Virus record (IMG/VR): IMGVR_UViG_3300046792_000244
Coordinates: 1,090 to 65,089 of that record
Direction: 5' to 3' (one strand)
From: a virus
Lineage: Duplodnaviria; Caudoviricetes
DNA length: 64,000 nt
A model generated the notes under the pieces. The model was not told the origin of the DNA. It made no database searches and saw nothing but the letters and a program-made list of their open reading frames with translations. This document shows positions 10,367 through 20,769 of the stretch, in pieces (the first letter of the stretch is position 1; the number at the start of each line of letters is the position of its first letter). Both the position numbers and the translations under genes were made by a program.

Positions 10367-11074
10367 ATGAAAACAGACGTCGTCAACGGCATCATCCTGC
10401 TGGTTTGCGCCCTTGTATTGGCAGCGTCGGCGCATGCTCAGTCGGGGGGCGGCCAGCCAGGTGACCCGCCGGTGAACGTCGCCGGCTCGGTATGCAATCC
10501 AGTTGGTGCACTGGCGAAAGCAAGAGATGCGGGCATCGGCCCGTCGCTGTCAGGTCTGTGGTTCTCCCATTGGTGCAAAGCCGCCGACGGCAAATATGGA
10601 CTCAACATCGGGGTCGTCGCCTCATCCGATATCGCGAGCTTCCCCGGCATGGCTCACGACTGGATGGTGGCTATCAACGGCGGCAGTGGTTACGACGCCG
10701 TGATGGCGGCATACCGCGACAAATACGCAGCGCAGACAGGCGACCCGTACGCACCGAAGTTCAAGGCCATCTGGTATCCGTCGCTGGCTGCCATCATGGC
10801 GGCAAAGCCAGCCGATGAGACTCCGCCCGTCGTAACGCCGCCTGTTGCCGCCTATGTGGTGCAGAGCAACGGCAGTCTTGGCGGTATTCCGCGGGCTACG
10901 CGGCCGGCCTACCCATTCGCATCCGGCGTGCGATCGACCGTGCAAAAAGGGACGGCGCTTGTCGGCCAGCCATGCTTTCCAGACGTCGCTCTCAGCGCTG
11001 AAACCGGCGGCAAATACATGGCCTACGGCCCGGCGCAGGCTGCGACATCTGTGGCGCTGTGCGCGCTCAAGTAA
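10367..11074 (+). CDS. Hypothetical protein with signal peptide
   Basis: MKTDVVNGIILLVCALVLAASAHA signal-like N-terminus; several Cys. Confidence 0.6.
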   Translation: MKTDVVNGIILLVCALVLAASAHAQSGGGQPGDPPVNVAGSVCNPVGALAKARDAGIGPSLSGLWFSHWCKAADGKYGLNIGVVASSDIASFPGMAHDWMVAINGGSGYDAVMAAYRDKYAAQTGDPYAPKFKAIWYPSLAAIMAAKPADETPPVVTPPVAAYVVQSNGSLGGIPRATRPAYPFASGVRSTVQKGTALVGQPCFPDVALSAETGGKYMAYGPAQAATSVALCALK

Positions 11075-11280
11075 ATCATGGTCGCTTTCTCATCGGTGAC
11101 GCCGCCGATCAGTTGGAGGCTCAGCAAGATTTCAAGCGCAAGCTCATGCACTGCAGGGCTGATGAAAAGCGCAAGGCACTGAAGGCCCGCCACAAGAAGT
11201 TGATGCGCCACGGCTTCGATGAATTCGTGGCCAATGTAGTCGAACAATGCCACGCTCTTGGGCGTTGGCCGAGGGCCTGA
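11059..11280 (+). CDS. Hypothetical basic protein
   Basis: Fills the gap between neighbouring genes; start uncertain. Confidence 0.35.
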   Translation: MRAQVNHGRFLIGDAADQLEAQQDFKRKLMHCRADEKRKALKARHKKLMRHGFDEFVANVVEQCHALGRWPRA

Positions 11281-11281
11281 A

Positions 11282-11641
11282 ATGTCTGTTCTGCTGACGA
11301 TTTCTTCCCAAGCCGTTGCAAGCGGCGCCACGCTGGCCACGGGCTGGGTTACCGTTCCCCCCGCGTGGCTGCACGTCGTCGTCAACATAGACGGTACGCT
11401 ATGGCCGGCTGGAACCGTGCTTGATGGCCACGCCGACATTTCAGAAGATGGTGGCAACAGTTTCCACCAGTACGGCGCGATTCACGTCGCCAAGCCGTTT
11501 CTCATCGGCGGATGGTGCTCATGCGTGCTGCCGCCTTTCCCACTGAATGCCAACGCCAGTCGACGCATTCGGGCTTTCGTGGCGTGTTCGGCTGGGCCTG
11601 GTTTTAATCTTCTCGGCAACATCAGCGACGCGCTGCATTGA
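11282..11641 (+). CDS. Hypothetical beta-rich virion protein
   Basis: Beta-strand-like composition, operon position. Confidence 0.55.
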   Translation: MSVLLTISSQAVASGATLATGWVTVPPAWLHVVVNIDGTLWPAGTVLDGHADISEDGGNSFHQYGAIHVAKPFLIGGWCSCVLPPFPLNANASRRIRAFVACSAGPGFNLLGNISDALH

Positions 11642-11644
11642 ACT

Positions 11645-12634
11645 ATGAGCGGCTACCTGTCCCTTGTCTCAGCAACGGCGCCTTCTGGCAGCTACAACCT
11701 GACGGCGCTGGGCCAAGACGACTGGCGGGCTATCGACGCCTCACAGGTAGACAACCACAAGTCGGGCGGCGCCAACCGCATTCAAGTGCCAACCAACGTA
11801 GGGGGCGCGAGCTCGCTGGCCTCGACGCTCCACAACTGGAGCGATGGCACACCGACGGCCTCGCAGAGCAACGACAACCAGGGGTACTACAGCTACAACA
11901 ACAGCGCGCCGTTGATGAGGCAACCCATCCTCACTCGCACGACCGTGGATGACTATTACCTGCTTGTCGGCGGCGGCACGGACACGCGTTGGGCTATCTC
12001 GCTCAGCGATGCGAGCGCATCACCCATCAATGGCACGTTCGGATCCGCTGGCGATGTGCTGCTGCACATTCAGGCGGCGTCGGCCACAGCGAATCAGACG
12101 CTCAACGTAGACGTCGACGGGATTTCCAACTACGCATACATCGACTCGTGCTGGTTGGTGAATGGTGTCGGAGACCTCACGGTTTTACTCGCCAGCGCGC
12201 AGGCCACGGGCGCAGTTTCTGCGCTCACGATGAACTACCCACAGCAGGTGCTTGAACCTGTTTCTGATATCACCGCAGCCAATTGGGTGCCGTCTACGGG
12301 CGCGTCTCTCTACGCCATGATTGACGAAGCCGCACCAGACGACAGCGATTACATCTACAACCTTGGCATCGTCGGCAGCGAATGTGCGGTTGGTTTGTCG
12401 GCTGGAAATGCGCCGGCTTCGAATGTCGGCAACGTGGTGACGTATCGAATCAAGGGCGACGGCAGCAGCTCGCTCACCGTGACGCTCAAAGAAACCACGA
12501 CGACAATCGCGACGTGGACGCATTCGCCGTCGCCGACGAACTACACGACGTACGTGCAGGAACTCAGCACAGCGCAGGTCGCCTCAATCGGAAACTTTTC
12601 CAACCTGCGCCTCTACTTTGGAGCAACACCATGA
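11645..12634 (+). CDS. Putative virion surface/fibre protein
   Basis: Ser/Thr/Asn/Tyr-rich, 7 N-X-S/T sequons. Confidence 0.6.
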   Translation: MSGYLSLVSATAPSGSYNLTALGQDDWRAIDASQVDNHKSGGANRIQVPTNVGGASSLASTLHNWSDGTPTASQSNDNQGYYSYNNSAPLMRQPILTRTTVDDYYLLVGGGTDTRWAISLSDASASPINGTFGSAGDVLLHIQAASATANQTLNVDVDGISNYAYIDSCWLVNGVGDLTVLLASAQATGAVSALTMNYPQQVLEPVSDITAANWVPSTGASLYAMIDEAAPDDSDYIYNLGIVGSECAVGLSAGNAPASNVGNVVTYRIKGDGSSSLTVTLKETTTTIATWTHSPSPTNYTTYVQELSTAQVASIGNFSNLRLYFGATP

Positions 12635-13782
12635 GCCACACCCATTCTCAGCGTCTCGAATCCTGGCTCGGTGCGGCCGCTGTCAAGCGCCTGTCGGATT
12701 CAATGCGCACGTTCTACCATCCGATCGCGCTGCATGGTGTCCCCGGCGCCGTCTATGCCATGCCGGGCGGCGACTTCTGCGGCGAGATCCGCGCCGGCAG
12801 CGAAGTCTCGGCTGTTGATCGAGCCGTCGACAGCATGCGTCGCGAAGATCGGGCGCGCCGGGCCCAGGTATCACTGCACAAAATCTCGGCATCGCACGTG
12901 CTGCGCTCACGTCTTGATCGGCGCCAGCACGCCTTCGCCAGCATGTCGGCGCTCATCGCTGCCGGCACGGGCGGAAAAGCGCAATCGCTGATGTACAACA
13001 AAGCCGGCGTGGCATCGAATGCCATCGGCAACTGCATCGACCTGTGGACATTGGGTAACTTCCCGACGGCAGGCGCTGCCGGCGCCGCGGCTCCCGGTGG
13101 CTCGTCGCCAACGAGTGCATCGGCTGGCGCACTGCTCTATGGCAACCCGGCGACGGCAAACGGTGGGCACTTCGTTACGGCATGGCCGACGGCAAGCGTA
13201 GCCAACAATACCCTGCTGATGTACGACCGACTCTTCGCCGTCGCGAAGACGATGAACAGTAGCGCCACCGAGGCGGTTTCCGGCACCTATGCCCGCTATC
13301 AGAATCTGACGGCAGGCGCTGACGACTTTGTGGGGGGTACCTTCTGTTTCCCGAGTTCACCAACCACGGTTCTCGCGGCAACGGCGCACAACTGGACGGT
13401 GTGTCAGTACACGAGCCAGGCAAACACCACATCCAACTTCCCCAGCATCGCCGGCGTGTCGGCCTCGGTGAAGAACGGCGTTGATCTTGCCGCCGGCAAC
13501 TGGTTCATGCCACTGGCATCCGGGGATGTCGGCATCAAGGCGCTCAAGCAGATGCAGTGCAGCGCGCTTGTCGCCACGGGCACGATCGATTTTGTACTTG
13601 GGCACCCGATCGCCTTCATGCCGTGCCCGATCGCCAACCTGATCTGCGTGGTCGACGGCATCAACACGGCGTTCAATCTCGAGCGCATCTACGACAACGC
13701 CGCGCTGGCTTTCTTGGAAATGCCGAAGCCGGCCACGACGGCGACAACCTACAGCGGGCAGATCCGCATCGTGGCCGAATAA
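12631..13782 (+). CDS. Putative virion structural protein
   Basis: Ala/Gly/Thr-rich, LLMYDRLF motif; ATGA-coupled. Confidence 0.6.
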   Translation: MSHTHSQRLESWLGAAAVKRLSDSMRTFYHPIALHGVPGAVYAMPGGDFCGEIRAGSEVSAVDRAVDSMRREDRARRAQVSLHKISASHVLRSRLDRRQHAFASMSALIAAGTGGKAQSLMYNKAGVASNAIGNCIDLWTLGNFPTAGAAGAAAPGGSSPTSASAGALLYGNPATANGGHFVTAWPTASVANNTLLMYDRLFAVAKTMNSSATEAVSGTYARYQNLTAGADDFVGGTFCFPSSPTTVLAATAHNWTVCQYTSQANTTSNFPSIAGVSASVKNGVDLAAGNWFMPLASGDVGIKALKQMQCSALVATGTIDFVLGHPIAFMPCPIANLICVVDGINTAFNLERIYDNAALAFLEMPKPATTATTYSGQIRIVAE

Positions 13783-13791
13783 GGACGGGTC

Positions 13792-15612
13792 GTGTCGATC
13801 CTCTTCACACTGCTTGGCGCGTCGCTTACTCAGCCTTCGCTGAGCCAGTGGCAGCCCGGCGGTATCGGTGGTGAGCATGACCCGAACCCGCCAGTCGGCA
13901 TCCTGGCGCCCACGGGTTCCGTTGCATTCGCTCAGCTGATTCTCAACGCGGCGAGCAGCAGCGGCGACGCCACGACGACGCTGACCGGTGTTGCCGCTAC
14001 GGCCGCAATCGGATCAGTACAAACCCTCGTCGATAGTTCTGTTGCCCTGACAGGTGTCGTCGCCACTGGCAGCCCGGGCAGCCTGGCGGCATCGTCGGAA
14101 ACCACGGTCTCCATCACTGGCGTGAGCACCACCGGCCAAATCGGTGGACCCACCGTCACGGCGTCTTCGACGGCAAGCCTCGTCGGCGTTCAATCCGCGG
14201 CGGCCGTCGGCAGCCTGACGGCATCATCAGCCACGGCGGTAACGCTGACGGCAGTCGTGGCTACGGCCGGCGTGGGCACGCTCAGCGCGAGCAGCGCGTC
14301 GGTGGCCAGCATCGTGGGCGTACAGGCTGCAGGTGCTGCCGGTGCACCTGCGGCGAAATCTGACAGCCTCGCCAGCATCACCGGCGTGGCGGCGACGGGC
14401 AGCGTCGGCAACATCGTGGCGGCGGCAGCAACGGCTGACGCCACGGCCAACATCAGCGGCGTGACAGCGAGTGGCGCCGTCGGTGCGCTCACGCTGGCCA
14501 CCGACTCGACGGCCTTCCTGACCGGCGTTTTCGCCACGGCGGCAACCACCGCACCGGCGGCGAGCAGCACGTCGACCGCCTCGCTTGCCGGTGTCGCCGC
14601 GGCCGGGCAGGTCGGCGCCATTGCTGGGCATTCCGATTCCCTGGCATCGATCGTCGGCACCCAGGCAGCTGGCGCCGCCGGCACCATGTCGGCGAGTTCG
14701 GCGTCGAGCCAGCTGACGACATTGCAGGGCATCGAGACCACGGCTTCGGCGGGCACGCTGGCCGCGCGCGCCGACAGCCTGGCTGCGATCAGCGGTGTGG
14801 CCGCGGCGGCTCAGGTCGGCACACCCGTGGCAGCCGGCAATTCGCTGGCCACGCTGAGCGGCACCTCGGCAACGGCAGCCGTCGCCGGGCTGGGCGTGAT
14901 GGTCGACAGCACCGGGCAGATCCTCGGCGTGTTCGCCACCGGCCAGCCGGGCAGCCTGTCGACAGCCGTCACGTCGACGGTGGTGCTCGCCGGTGTTCAA
15001 GGCGTGGGCCAGCCGGGCACGATTGTCGGCAGCGGCAGCAGCGGCAACACTGCACTGGTTCCCGCGCTGACAGCCACTGGTGCCGTGGGCGTGGTTAGCG
15101 CGCACTCTGATTCCGTCGCCTTGATCGTGGGCCAGCAGGCGCAGGGCGATGTCGGCGCCCTGGTGCTGGTGGCCAGCGGTGCCGTAGTCACGCTTGCCGG
15201 CGTGGAAGCCAGCGGCCAGGTCGGCAGCATCACGGCGTCGATTCCCGTCGTCGAGACGCAGCAGGCGCTGGACGGCGCCGGTTGGGGCCGCGGCAACCGC
15301 GTCGAGCACGTCATTGATCGCACGTACCGCAAGTCGGCCGTCGTCTCACTGGCTGGCGTCAGCGCTCAAGGTGCCGTCGGCATGCCGCAGGCGCGCGGCG
15401 ACTCAGCCAAGCCCGTTGTGGTGGAATTGCCTCCCGAGGTCATCCAACCGCAGCGCATCCGCCTGGGTGCCAGGGTCGATGCCGTAGCCGTCATCACCGG
15501 CGTGCAGGCGCGCATCATCGAGTTCCGGCCGCGCCCATTGGGCCAGCCCGTGCCGGTGGCCGACGCCGAGCTCGAAGACTTCCTCGAGTTCGCCCGAAAG
15601 GCGTGGGCATGA
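13792..15612 (+). CDS. Repeat-rich fibre protein (putative head fibre)
   Basis: Many ~28-29 aa repeats of the form I/L-T-G-V-x-A-T-G-x-V-G-x-L-x-A-x-S-D-S. Confidence 0.7.
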   Translation: MSILFTLLGASLTQPSLSQWQPGGIGGEHDPNPPVGILAPTGSVAFAQLILNAASSSGDATTTLTGVAATAAIGSVQTLVDSSVALTGVVATGSPGSLAASSETTVSITGVSTTGQIGGPTVTASSTASLVGVQSAAAVGSLTASSATAVTLTAVVATAGVGTLSASSASVASIVGVQAAGAAGAPAAKSDSLASITGVAATGSVGNIVAAAATADATANISGVTASGAVGALTLATDSTAFLTGVFATAATTAPAASSTSTASLAGVAAAGQVGAIAGHSDSLASIVGTQAAGAAGTMSASSASSQLTTLQGIETTASAGTLAARADSLAAISGVAAAAQVGTPVAAGNSLATLSGTSATAAVAGLGVMVDSTGQILGVFATGQPGSLSTAVTSTVVLAGVQGVGQPGTIVGSGSSGNTALVPALTATGAVGVVSAHSDSVALIVGQQAQGDVGALVLVASGAVVTLAGVEASGQVGSITASIPVVETQQALDGAGWGRGNRVEHVIDRTYRKSAVVSLAGVSAQGAVGMPQARGDSAKPVVVELPPEVIQPQRIRLGARVDAVAVITGVQARIIEFRPRPLGQPVPVADAELEDFLEFARKAWA

Positions 15613-16526
15613 CGCGCACGGTGTTCGTTCGTACACCGTGTGGGTGCTCTTCGCCCGGCATCGCAGCCGCGCTCGATCGCGAGGTGTTCGACAAAGCCGC
15701 GGCGCAGCAGCTCAGCAAGGGCCGCCGCCAGCCGCAGCTGACGCCAGTCGCCGTCTATGTCAAGCGCAAGCAGGCCGGCGTGACGCGCAAGCTGGCGAAA
15801 TACCTGCGCAGCCTGCGCGCGCCAGCCAAGAAGAAGCTGCTCGCCCTCTACGCGCCACCGGCCGAGAAACTGGCAAAAGCCGAGAAGAAGCCGCCGACGA
15901 ACGAGGAAATCATCGCCGCCCTCAACTCGCTGTGGATTGCCGACGACCTCGACGGCTACATCACGCCGGCGCTGATCGCCGCTTATCACCGAGGCATGGA
16001 CAACGGGTTCACTCAGGTGGGTTTTGACCTCGGCGAAGCCACCGAGCAGATCGACACGGCAGCCGTGGCCTACGCCGAGGCGCGCGGCGGCGAGCTCATC
16101 ACCGACTTGTCGGGCACGACGGCCGACGACATGCAGGCGCTGCTGGCCAGGGCAGTCGATCAGGGCATGAGCACCGACGAACTGGCGACGGCGATCGACG
16201 ACAGCGGCGCCTTTGGTGAGTACCGCGCCAACATGATCGCGCGTACCGAACTCGCTTTCGCCCACGTCGCCGGCAATGTGCAGGGCTGGCGCGACAGCGG
16301 CGAGGTTTCGGGCAAGCGCAGCATCCTCGGCGATCTGCATGATGTGCCCGACGTGTGCGATGACTGCGCCGACATCGGCGAGGTCGGCCTCGACGACGAG
16401 TTCGTCGACGGCTTCGAATTCCCGCCGTATCACCCGCACTGCGTTTGTGATGTCGTGCCGATCCTGAGAGAATCTGACGACACCACGGCGTCGGATGACG
16501 CATCAACCTCCCAGGAGTCGCCATGA
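15609..16526 (+). CDS. Head morphogenesis protein (Mu gpF/SPP1 gp7-like)
   Basis: RANMIARTELAFA, VCDDC, PPYHPHCVC motifs. Confidence 0.88.
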   Translation: MTRTVFVRTPCGCSSPGIAAALDREVFDKAAAQQLSKGRRQPQLTPVAVYVKRKQAGVTRKLAKYLRSLRAPAKKKLLALYAPPAEKLAKAEKKPPTNEEIIAALNSLWIADDLDGYITPALIAAYHRGMDNGFTQVGFDLGEATEQIDTAAVAYAEARGGELITDLSGTTADDMQALLARAVDQGMSTDELATAIDDSGAFGEYRANMIARTELAFAHVAGNVQGWRDSGEVSGKRSILGDLHDVPDVCDDCADIGEVGLDDEFVDGFEFPPYHPHCVCDVVPILRESDDTTASDDASTSQESP

Positions 16527-16816
16527 AAGTTCTGATCGAAGTCACCACCACCGCCGCGCTCGTGCCGGCTGCCACCGTCGCCGGCAAATACCGATTCCAG
16601 CTGCTGCAGGGAACCACCGTCGCTGCCGAGCAGGAAACCGACGCGCCCGAGGCTCTGTTCGACACCGTTGCCGACGGCGACTACGTGGCCAGCGTGTCGC
16701 GCCTCGGCTCTGATGGTGCCCAGCTGGCCGATGCCGTGACGCAGGCCTTCACCGTCACCAGCCCGGACATCAGCGTCGACGTTCCATCGGCTCTGACCAT
16801 CACAACCTCGCTGTGA
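16523..16816 (+). CDS. Small beta-sandwich-like virion protein
   Basis: AGGAG RBS; Thr/Val-rich, VADGDYVASV. Confidence 0.55.
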   Translation: MKVLIEVTTTAALVPAATVAGKYRFQLLQGTTVAAEQETDAPEALFDTVADGDYVASVSRLGSDGAQLADAVTQAFTVTSPDISVDVPSALTITTSL

Positions 16817-16830
16817 CAACCGAACGGGAC

Positions 16831-16938
16831 ATGCTGCGTCTCGTCTTGCAGTACCTGCTCAGGCTGCTGCATCTCAAGACCGTGGATGTCCCCGCCAGTG
16901 TTCACGTGCGCCAGCGCCAGGATGGGCGCAAGCCGTGA
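16831..16938 (+). CDS. Small hypothetical protein (35 aa)
   Basis: ATG..TGA read by eye, GTGA overlap with next gene. Confidence 0.35.
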   Translation: MLRLVLQYLLRLLHLKTVDVPASVHVRQRQDGRKP

Positions 16939-17507
16939 ACCTTGATCGGCTGCTGCTGGGCGCCCTGCGCTGCAGCGCGGCCGAGCCAAGGCGCGCACCC
17001 CTCGCAGTCTTGCTGCGAAAGAACATCGACGCCGCCGCGCACTCGGCGGCAACTTCTGACCTGAACCTTCGGCCGGCGCCCACCGAGGGCCAGGCAAAGG
17101 CCGGCAACTACCGCAAGGGCCACGTCGTCGTGTCCGGCCTGCGCGTCGCCATCGAGAACCCGGCCGGCAGCCGCAGGCGCCCGGAATGGCCACCCATGCA
17201 GGCCCACTATGGCTACGTCAAGGGCACGGATGGCGCCGATGGCGATCAGGTCGACGTCTTCATTCGACCGGCTACCGAAACCGACTGGAACGGCGCGGTC
17301 TACGTCATCGACCAGTGCGACGCCGACGGAACCTTCGACGAGCACAAGTGCATGCTCGGGTTCGACGACGAGCGCCAGGCCACGCGCTGCTACCTCTCGC
17401 ACTACCCGCGCGGATGGAAGCTCGGCGCCGTCACCGCCATGTCGGTGGCGCGGTTTCGTGAGTGGCTTGGCACCGACACAACCAAGCCCTGCGCGGCCGA
17501 GGCTTGA
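16935..17507 (+). CDS. Inorganic pyrophosphatase-like (InPase) domain protein
   Basis: GNYRKGH..IENPAGS.R..HYGYVKGT.GADGDQVDVF..FDEHKCMLGF matches the phage InPase domain. Confidence 0.8.
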   Translation: MNLDRLLLGALRCSAAEPRRAPLAVLLRKNIDAAAHSAATSDLNLRPAPTEGQAKAGNYRKGHVVVSGLRVAIENPAGSRRRPEWPPMQAHYGYVKGTDGADGDQVDVFIRPATETDWNGAVYVIDQCDADGTFDEHKCMLGFDDERQATRCYLSHYPRGWKLGAVTAMSVARFREWLGTDTTKPCAAEA

Positions 17508-17610
17508 CGGCACCAGATTGCAAGCCGCTGTGAACTTTCAGTGGGCTGGTGCACAATTTGCCCACTTTGTAGGCAACTTTGTGCCTTCCACCACCTTCAG
17601 GAGCTAGACC

Positions 17611-19137
17611 ATGGGCATGCAACTCTTCGCGCAACTCTCCAAGGTCGACGAAGCCAAGCGTCTCGTCTATGGCATCGCAGCCCAGCAGGTGCCAGACCTG
17701 AGCGGCGAGCTCATGGACTATGCCAGCAGCAAGCCGCACTTCGCCAAGTGGAGCGAGCAGGTGTCGAAGGACACCGACGGCAAGAGTCTCGGCAATCTGC
17801 GCGCCATGCATGGCAAGGTGGCAGCCGGCAAGCTCACGCAGATCAACTTCAACGACGCCGATCTGTCGGTCGAGGTCTGCGCCAAGGTCGTCGATGACAA
17901 CGAATGGAAGAAGGTGCTCGAGGGCGTCTACACCGGCTTTTCGATCGGCGGCAGCTACGTCGGCGAGAAGAAGATCGAGAAGGTCGACGGCAAAGACGTG
18001 GCGCGCTACACCGCGGCGCCCAATGAACTCAGCCTGGTTGACCGGCCGTGCATCCCCACCGCCAAGTTCTTCGAAGTGCAGAAGGCCGACGGCACACTGA
18101 ACAAGGTCGAATTCAAGGCGGCGCCAGACGACGCAGTAATTCAAGGAACACCCGAAGAGGTGGACGAATTCTGCAAGGCGCTCAATTCCGGCGGCTTGTC
18201 GCTGGGCGAACTGCTGAAGGCCATGCCGGATTTCATCGCCGCCAAGAAGAAGGGCAAGGGCGGCGAGAAGCCCGGCGACAAGAAAGATGACACCGAGGGT
18301 GACACCGATGCCGACGACGCCAATGCCGGCGCGCAAGGCGATGCCGCCAAGCCGAAGAAGGGCGCCGGCGCCAGCGATGCCGCCGACAAATCGGCGCAGA
18401 TCGGCGCACTGCGCAAGGGCGTCTACGACTGCGGCGGCTTTGCCAGCGTGATCGCGCAGCTCGTGAGCCTGAAGAAGAACGCCGCCTACGAGGCCTACAT
18501 CGAGGGCGACAACAGCCCGCTGCCCGCCAAGATCGGCGCCTGCATCGCCATGGTCGGCGAGGTCTTCAAGGCCTTCATCGACGAGTGCATCGCCGAAGAC
18601 AAGGCCGGCACCGAAGGCAGCCCGCTGATGGCCAGCATGATCGCCCTGGCCGAACAGGCTGGTGACCTCGCCAAGTCGGCTGGCAATGCCGACCCGCTTC
18701 TGACGCTCGTCAAGGTCGGTGCCCGCAACAGCGCATCGGACACGGCACGTCTCGCCAAGATCCACGAACTGACGGTGGAACTCGGCCACAAATGCGAAGC
18801 CGCAAAGGCAGCACCTGCCGGCGACCTCGAAAAGCTCGACGCCGCCGCTCTGCAGAAGATGGTCGACGCCGCCGTGGCACCGCTGCAAAAGACCGTCGGC
18901 GAGCAGGCCGACCTCATCAAGACGCTGCAGGCTCAGCCGGCAGCCGCATCCATCCGCGTGCGCGCCGTCGCCAAGTCAGACGACTTGATCGACGACCCGC
19001 AGGCCGTCAAGAAAACCGAAGCCGTGGCTGTCGTCGACAACCGCGGTGAAACCCACGAGGCCGCAGGCCTCATCAAGTCCCTGCATCAAACCGGTGGCGT
19101 ACCGCTGGCATTGCCCGGCGATCTGCGCAAGTCTTAA
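17611..19137 (+). CDS. Prohead protease/scaffold fusion
   Basis: LRAMH, YTGFSIGG, ELSLVDRPC protease motifs; acidic linker and coiled C-terminal scaffold. Confidence 0.85.
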   Translation: MGMQLFAQLSKVDEAKRLVYGIAAQQVPDLSGELMDYASSKPHFAKWSEQVSKDTDGKSLGNLRAMHGKVAAGKLTQINFNDADLSVEVCAKVVDDNEWKKVLEGVYTGFSIGGSYVGEKKIEKVDGKDVARYTAAPNELSLVDRPCIPTAKFFEVQKADGTLNKVEFKAAPDDAVIQGTPEEVDEFCKALNSGGLSLGELLKAMPDFIAAKKKGKGGEKPGDKKDDTEGDTDADDANAGAQGDAAKPKKGAGASDAADKSAQIGALRKGVYDCGGFASVIAQLVSLKKNAAYEAYIEGDNSPLPAKIGACIAMVGEVFKAFIDECIAEDKAGTEGSPLMASMIALAEQAGDLAKSAGNADPLLTLVKVGARNSASDTARLAKIHELTVELGHKCEAAKAAPAGDLEKLDAAALQKMVDAAVAPLQKTVGEQADLIKTLQAQPAAASIRVRAVAKSDDLIDDPQAVKKTEAVAVVDNRGETHEAAGLIKSLHQTGGVPLALPGDLRKS

Positions 19138-19179
19138 CCCATCAACCCAACCGTTTCCCCCGAATTCAGGAGCAAAACC

Positions 19180-20694
19180 ATGAACGCTCAAGTCTCAGCA
19201 GAAACCCTGGCGGCCGTCAAAGCCGCCATGGGTAACCCCGACAGCGCCCTCGCGAAAGCCTGGACGCAGAGCGCTTCCGCGATCAGTGGCATCACCGCCT
19301 ACGATCTGGAAGCACCGAGCAAGAAGCTCTACCCGGTGATCACGCCGCTGCGCAACGAAATCCCGCGCGTGAGTGGCAAGGGTGGCATCCAGGCGAACTG
19401 GCGCGCCGTCACCGGTGTCAACACCAACAACACGTCGCCCTATGTCAGCCAAGGCAACCGCAGCGCCGTCATCCCCACGTCGACGCAAGACTACACGGCG
19501 TCGTACAAGGGCCTCGGCCTGGAAGACACGGTCACCTTCGAAGCCGACTATGCGTCGGAGAACTTCGAAGACGTGAAGGCGCTGTCCGTCGAAGGCCTGC
19601 TGCGCGCGATGATGATCGCCGAAGAGAAGGTCATCCTCGGCGGCAACACCTCGATGCTGCTTGGCAACACGCCGACGCCCACGTTGACCTCGGCGAACAC
19701 CGGCGGCGCGCTCGTCGGCGGCGCCAACTTCGGCGTCGGCTGCGTGGCGCTCACCTTCGAGGGCTACATGATCGCCAGCCTGGCCGGCGGCATCGTGCAG
19801 ACCACGACCCGCACCAACGCTGACGCATCAAGCGACGTCATCAACGGCGGCACCGGTCGCCCGAGCTCGCAAGCCAACGTGGTCGTCGCGGCCTCGGCGA
19901 ACATCTCGACGATCTCGGCATCCGTGGCCGCAGTCGCTGGCGCCGTCGCCTACGCATGGTTCTGGGGTGCGAACACCGGCAACCTGACGCTGGGCGCCAT
20001 CACCACGATCAACAGCGTTCTGATCACCGCCGTGGCAACTGGCAATGCCTCACAACCCGGTGGCAACTTCCAGGCGCTCGTCGCCGCCGACAAGTCGACG
20101 AACTCGCTGGCCTTCGACGGCATGCTGACCTTCGCCAGCCAGTCGGCGCTGGGCAGCAACCAAGTGATTCAGGCGACCGGCACGCCTGGCACCGGCACGC
20201 CGCTCACCAGCGACGGCGCCGGCGGCATCGTCGAGATCGACTTGGCGCTCAAGGGCTTCTGGGACAACTACCGTCTCAGCCCGTCAACGCTGTGGGTCAA
20301 CAGCCAGGAGATGCAGAACATCGGCAAGAAGATCCTGGCCGGCAACTCGACGGCGGCTCAGCGCTTCGTGTTCAATGCCGATCAGGGCATGATCGGCGGC
20401 GGCATCATGGTGCGCACGTACCTGAACAAGTTCGCGATGGACGGCGCCACCGAACTGAAGATCCGCCTGCACCCGAACATGCCGCCCGGCACGATGCTGT
20501 TCACCACCGACAAGCTGCCCTACCCGCTGTCGAACGTGACGAACATCCTGCAGATGCGCATGCGTCGCGACTACTACCAGATCGAGTGGCCGCAAACGAC
20601 CCGCAAGTATCAGTACGGCGTCTACGAAGACGGCGTGCTGCAGAACTACTTCCCGCCGTCACAAGGCGTGATCACCAACATCGGCAACGGCTGA
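19180..20694 (+). CDS. Major capsid protein with internal beta-rich insertion
   Basis: AGGAG RBS; follows protease; YDLEAP..TPLRN..IRLHPNMPPG; followed by terminator. Confidence 0.88.
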   Translation: MNAQVSAETLAAVKAAMGNPDSALAKAWTQSASAISGITAYDLEAPSKKLYPVITPLRNEIPRVSGKGGIQANWRAVTGVNTNNTSPYVSQGNRSAVIPTSTQDYTASYKGLGLEDTVTFEADYASENFEDVKALSVEGLLRAMMIAEEKVILGGNTSMLLGNTPTPTLTSANTGGALVGGANFGVGCVALTFEGYMIASLAGGIVQTTTRTNADASSDVINGGTGRPSSQANVVVAASANISTISASVAAVAGAVAYAWFWGANTGNLTLGAITTINSVLITAVATGNASQPGGNFQALVAADKSTNSLAFDGMLTFASQSALGSNQVIQATGTPGTGTPLTSDGAGGIVEIDLALKGFWDNYRLSPSTLWVNSQEMQNIGKKILAGNSTAAQRFVFNADQGMIGGGIMVRTYLNKFAMDGATELKIRLHPNMPPGTMLFTTDKLPYPLSNVTNILQMRMRRDYYQIEWPQTTRKYQYGVYEDGVLQNYFPPSQGVITNIGNG

Positions 20695-20716
20695 TCGGCC
20701 GCTGCGCAGATGCAAC

Positions 20717-20751
20717 CCGGGAAACTGCTGGCCGCGGTTTCCCGGTTTTTT
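20717..20751 (+). terminator. Rho-independent terminator after capsid gene
   Basis: CCGGGAAAC/GTTTCCCGG 9-bp stem followed by T6. Confidence 0.8.
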
Positions 20752-20769
20752 CACTTCAGGAGTTCACAG

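Noticed and set aside
13950-15240. Periodic sequence as a CRISPR array or DNA tandem repeat
   Set aside because: Periodicity is at the protein level with degenerate codons; no identical repeat-spacer units
17545-17590. Imperfect inverted repeat upstream of the protease gene as a late promoter or operator
   Set aside because: No convincing -35/-10 pair or second copy found, so a function cannot be supported
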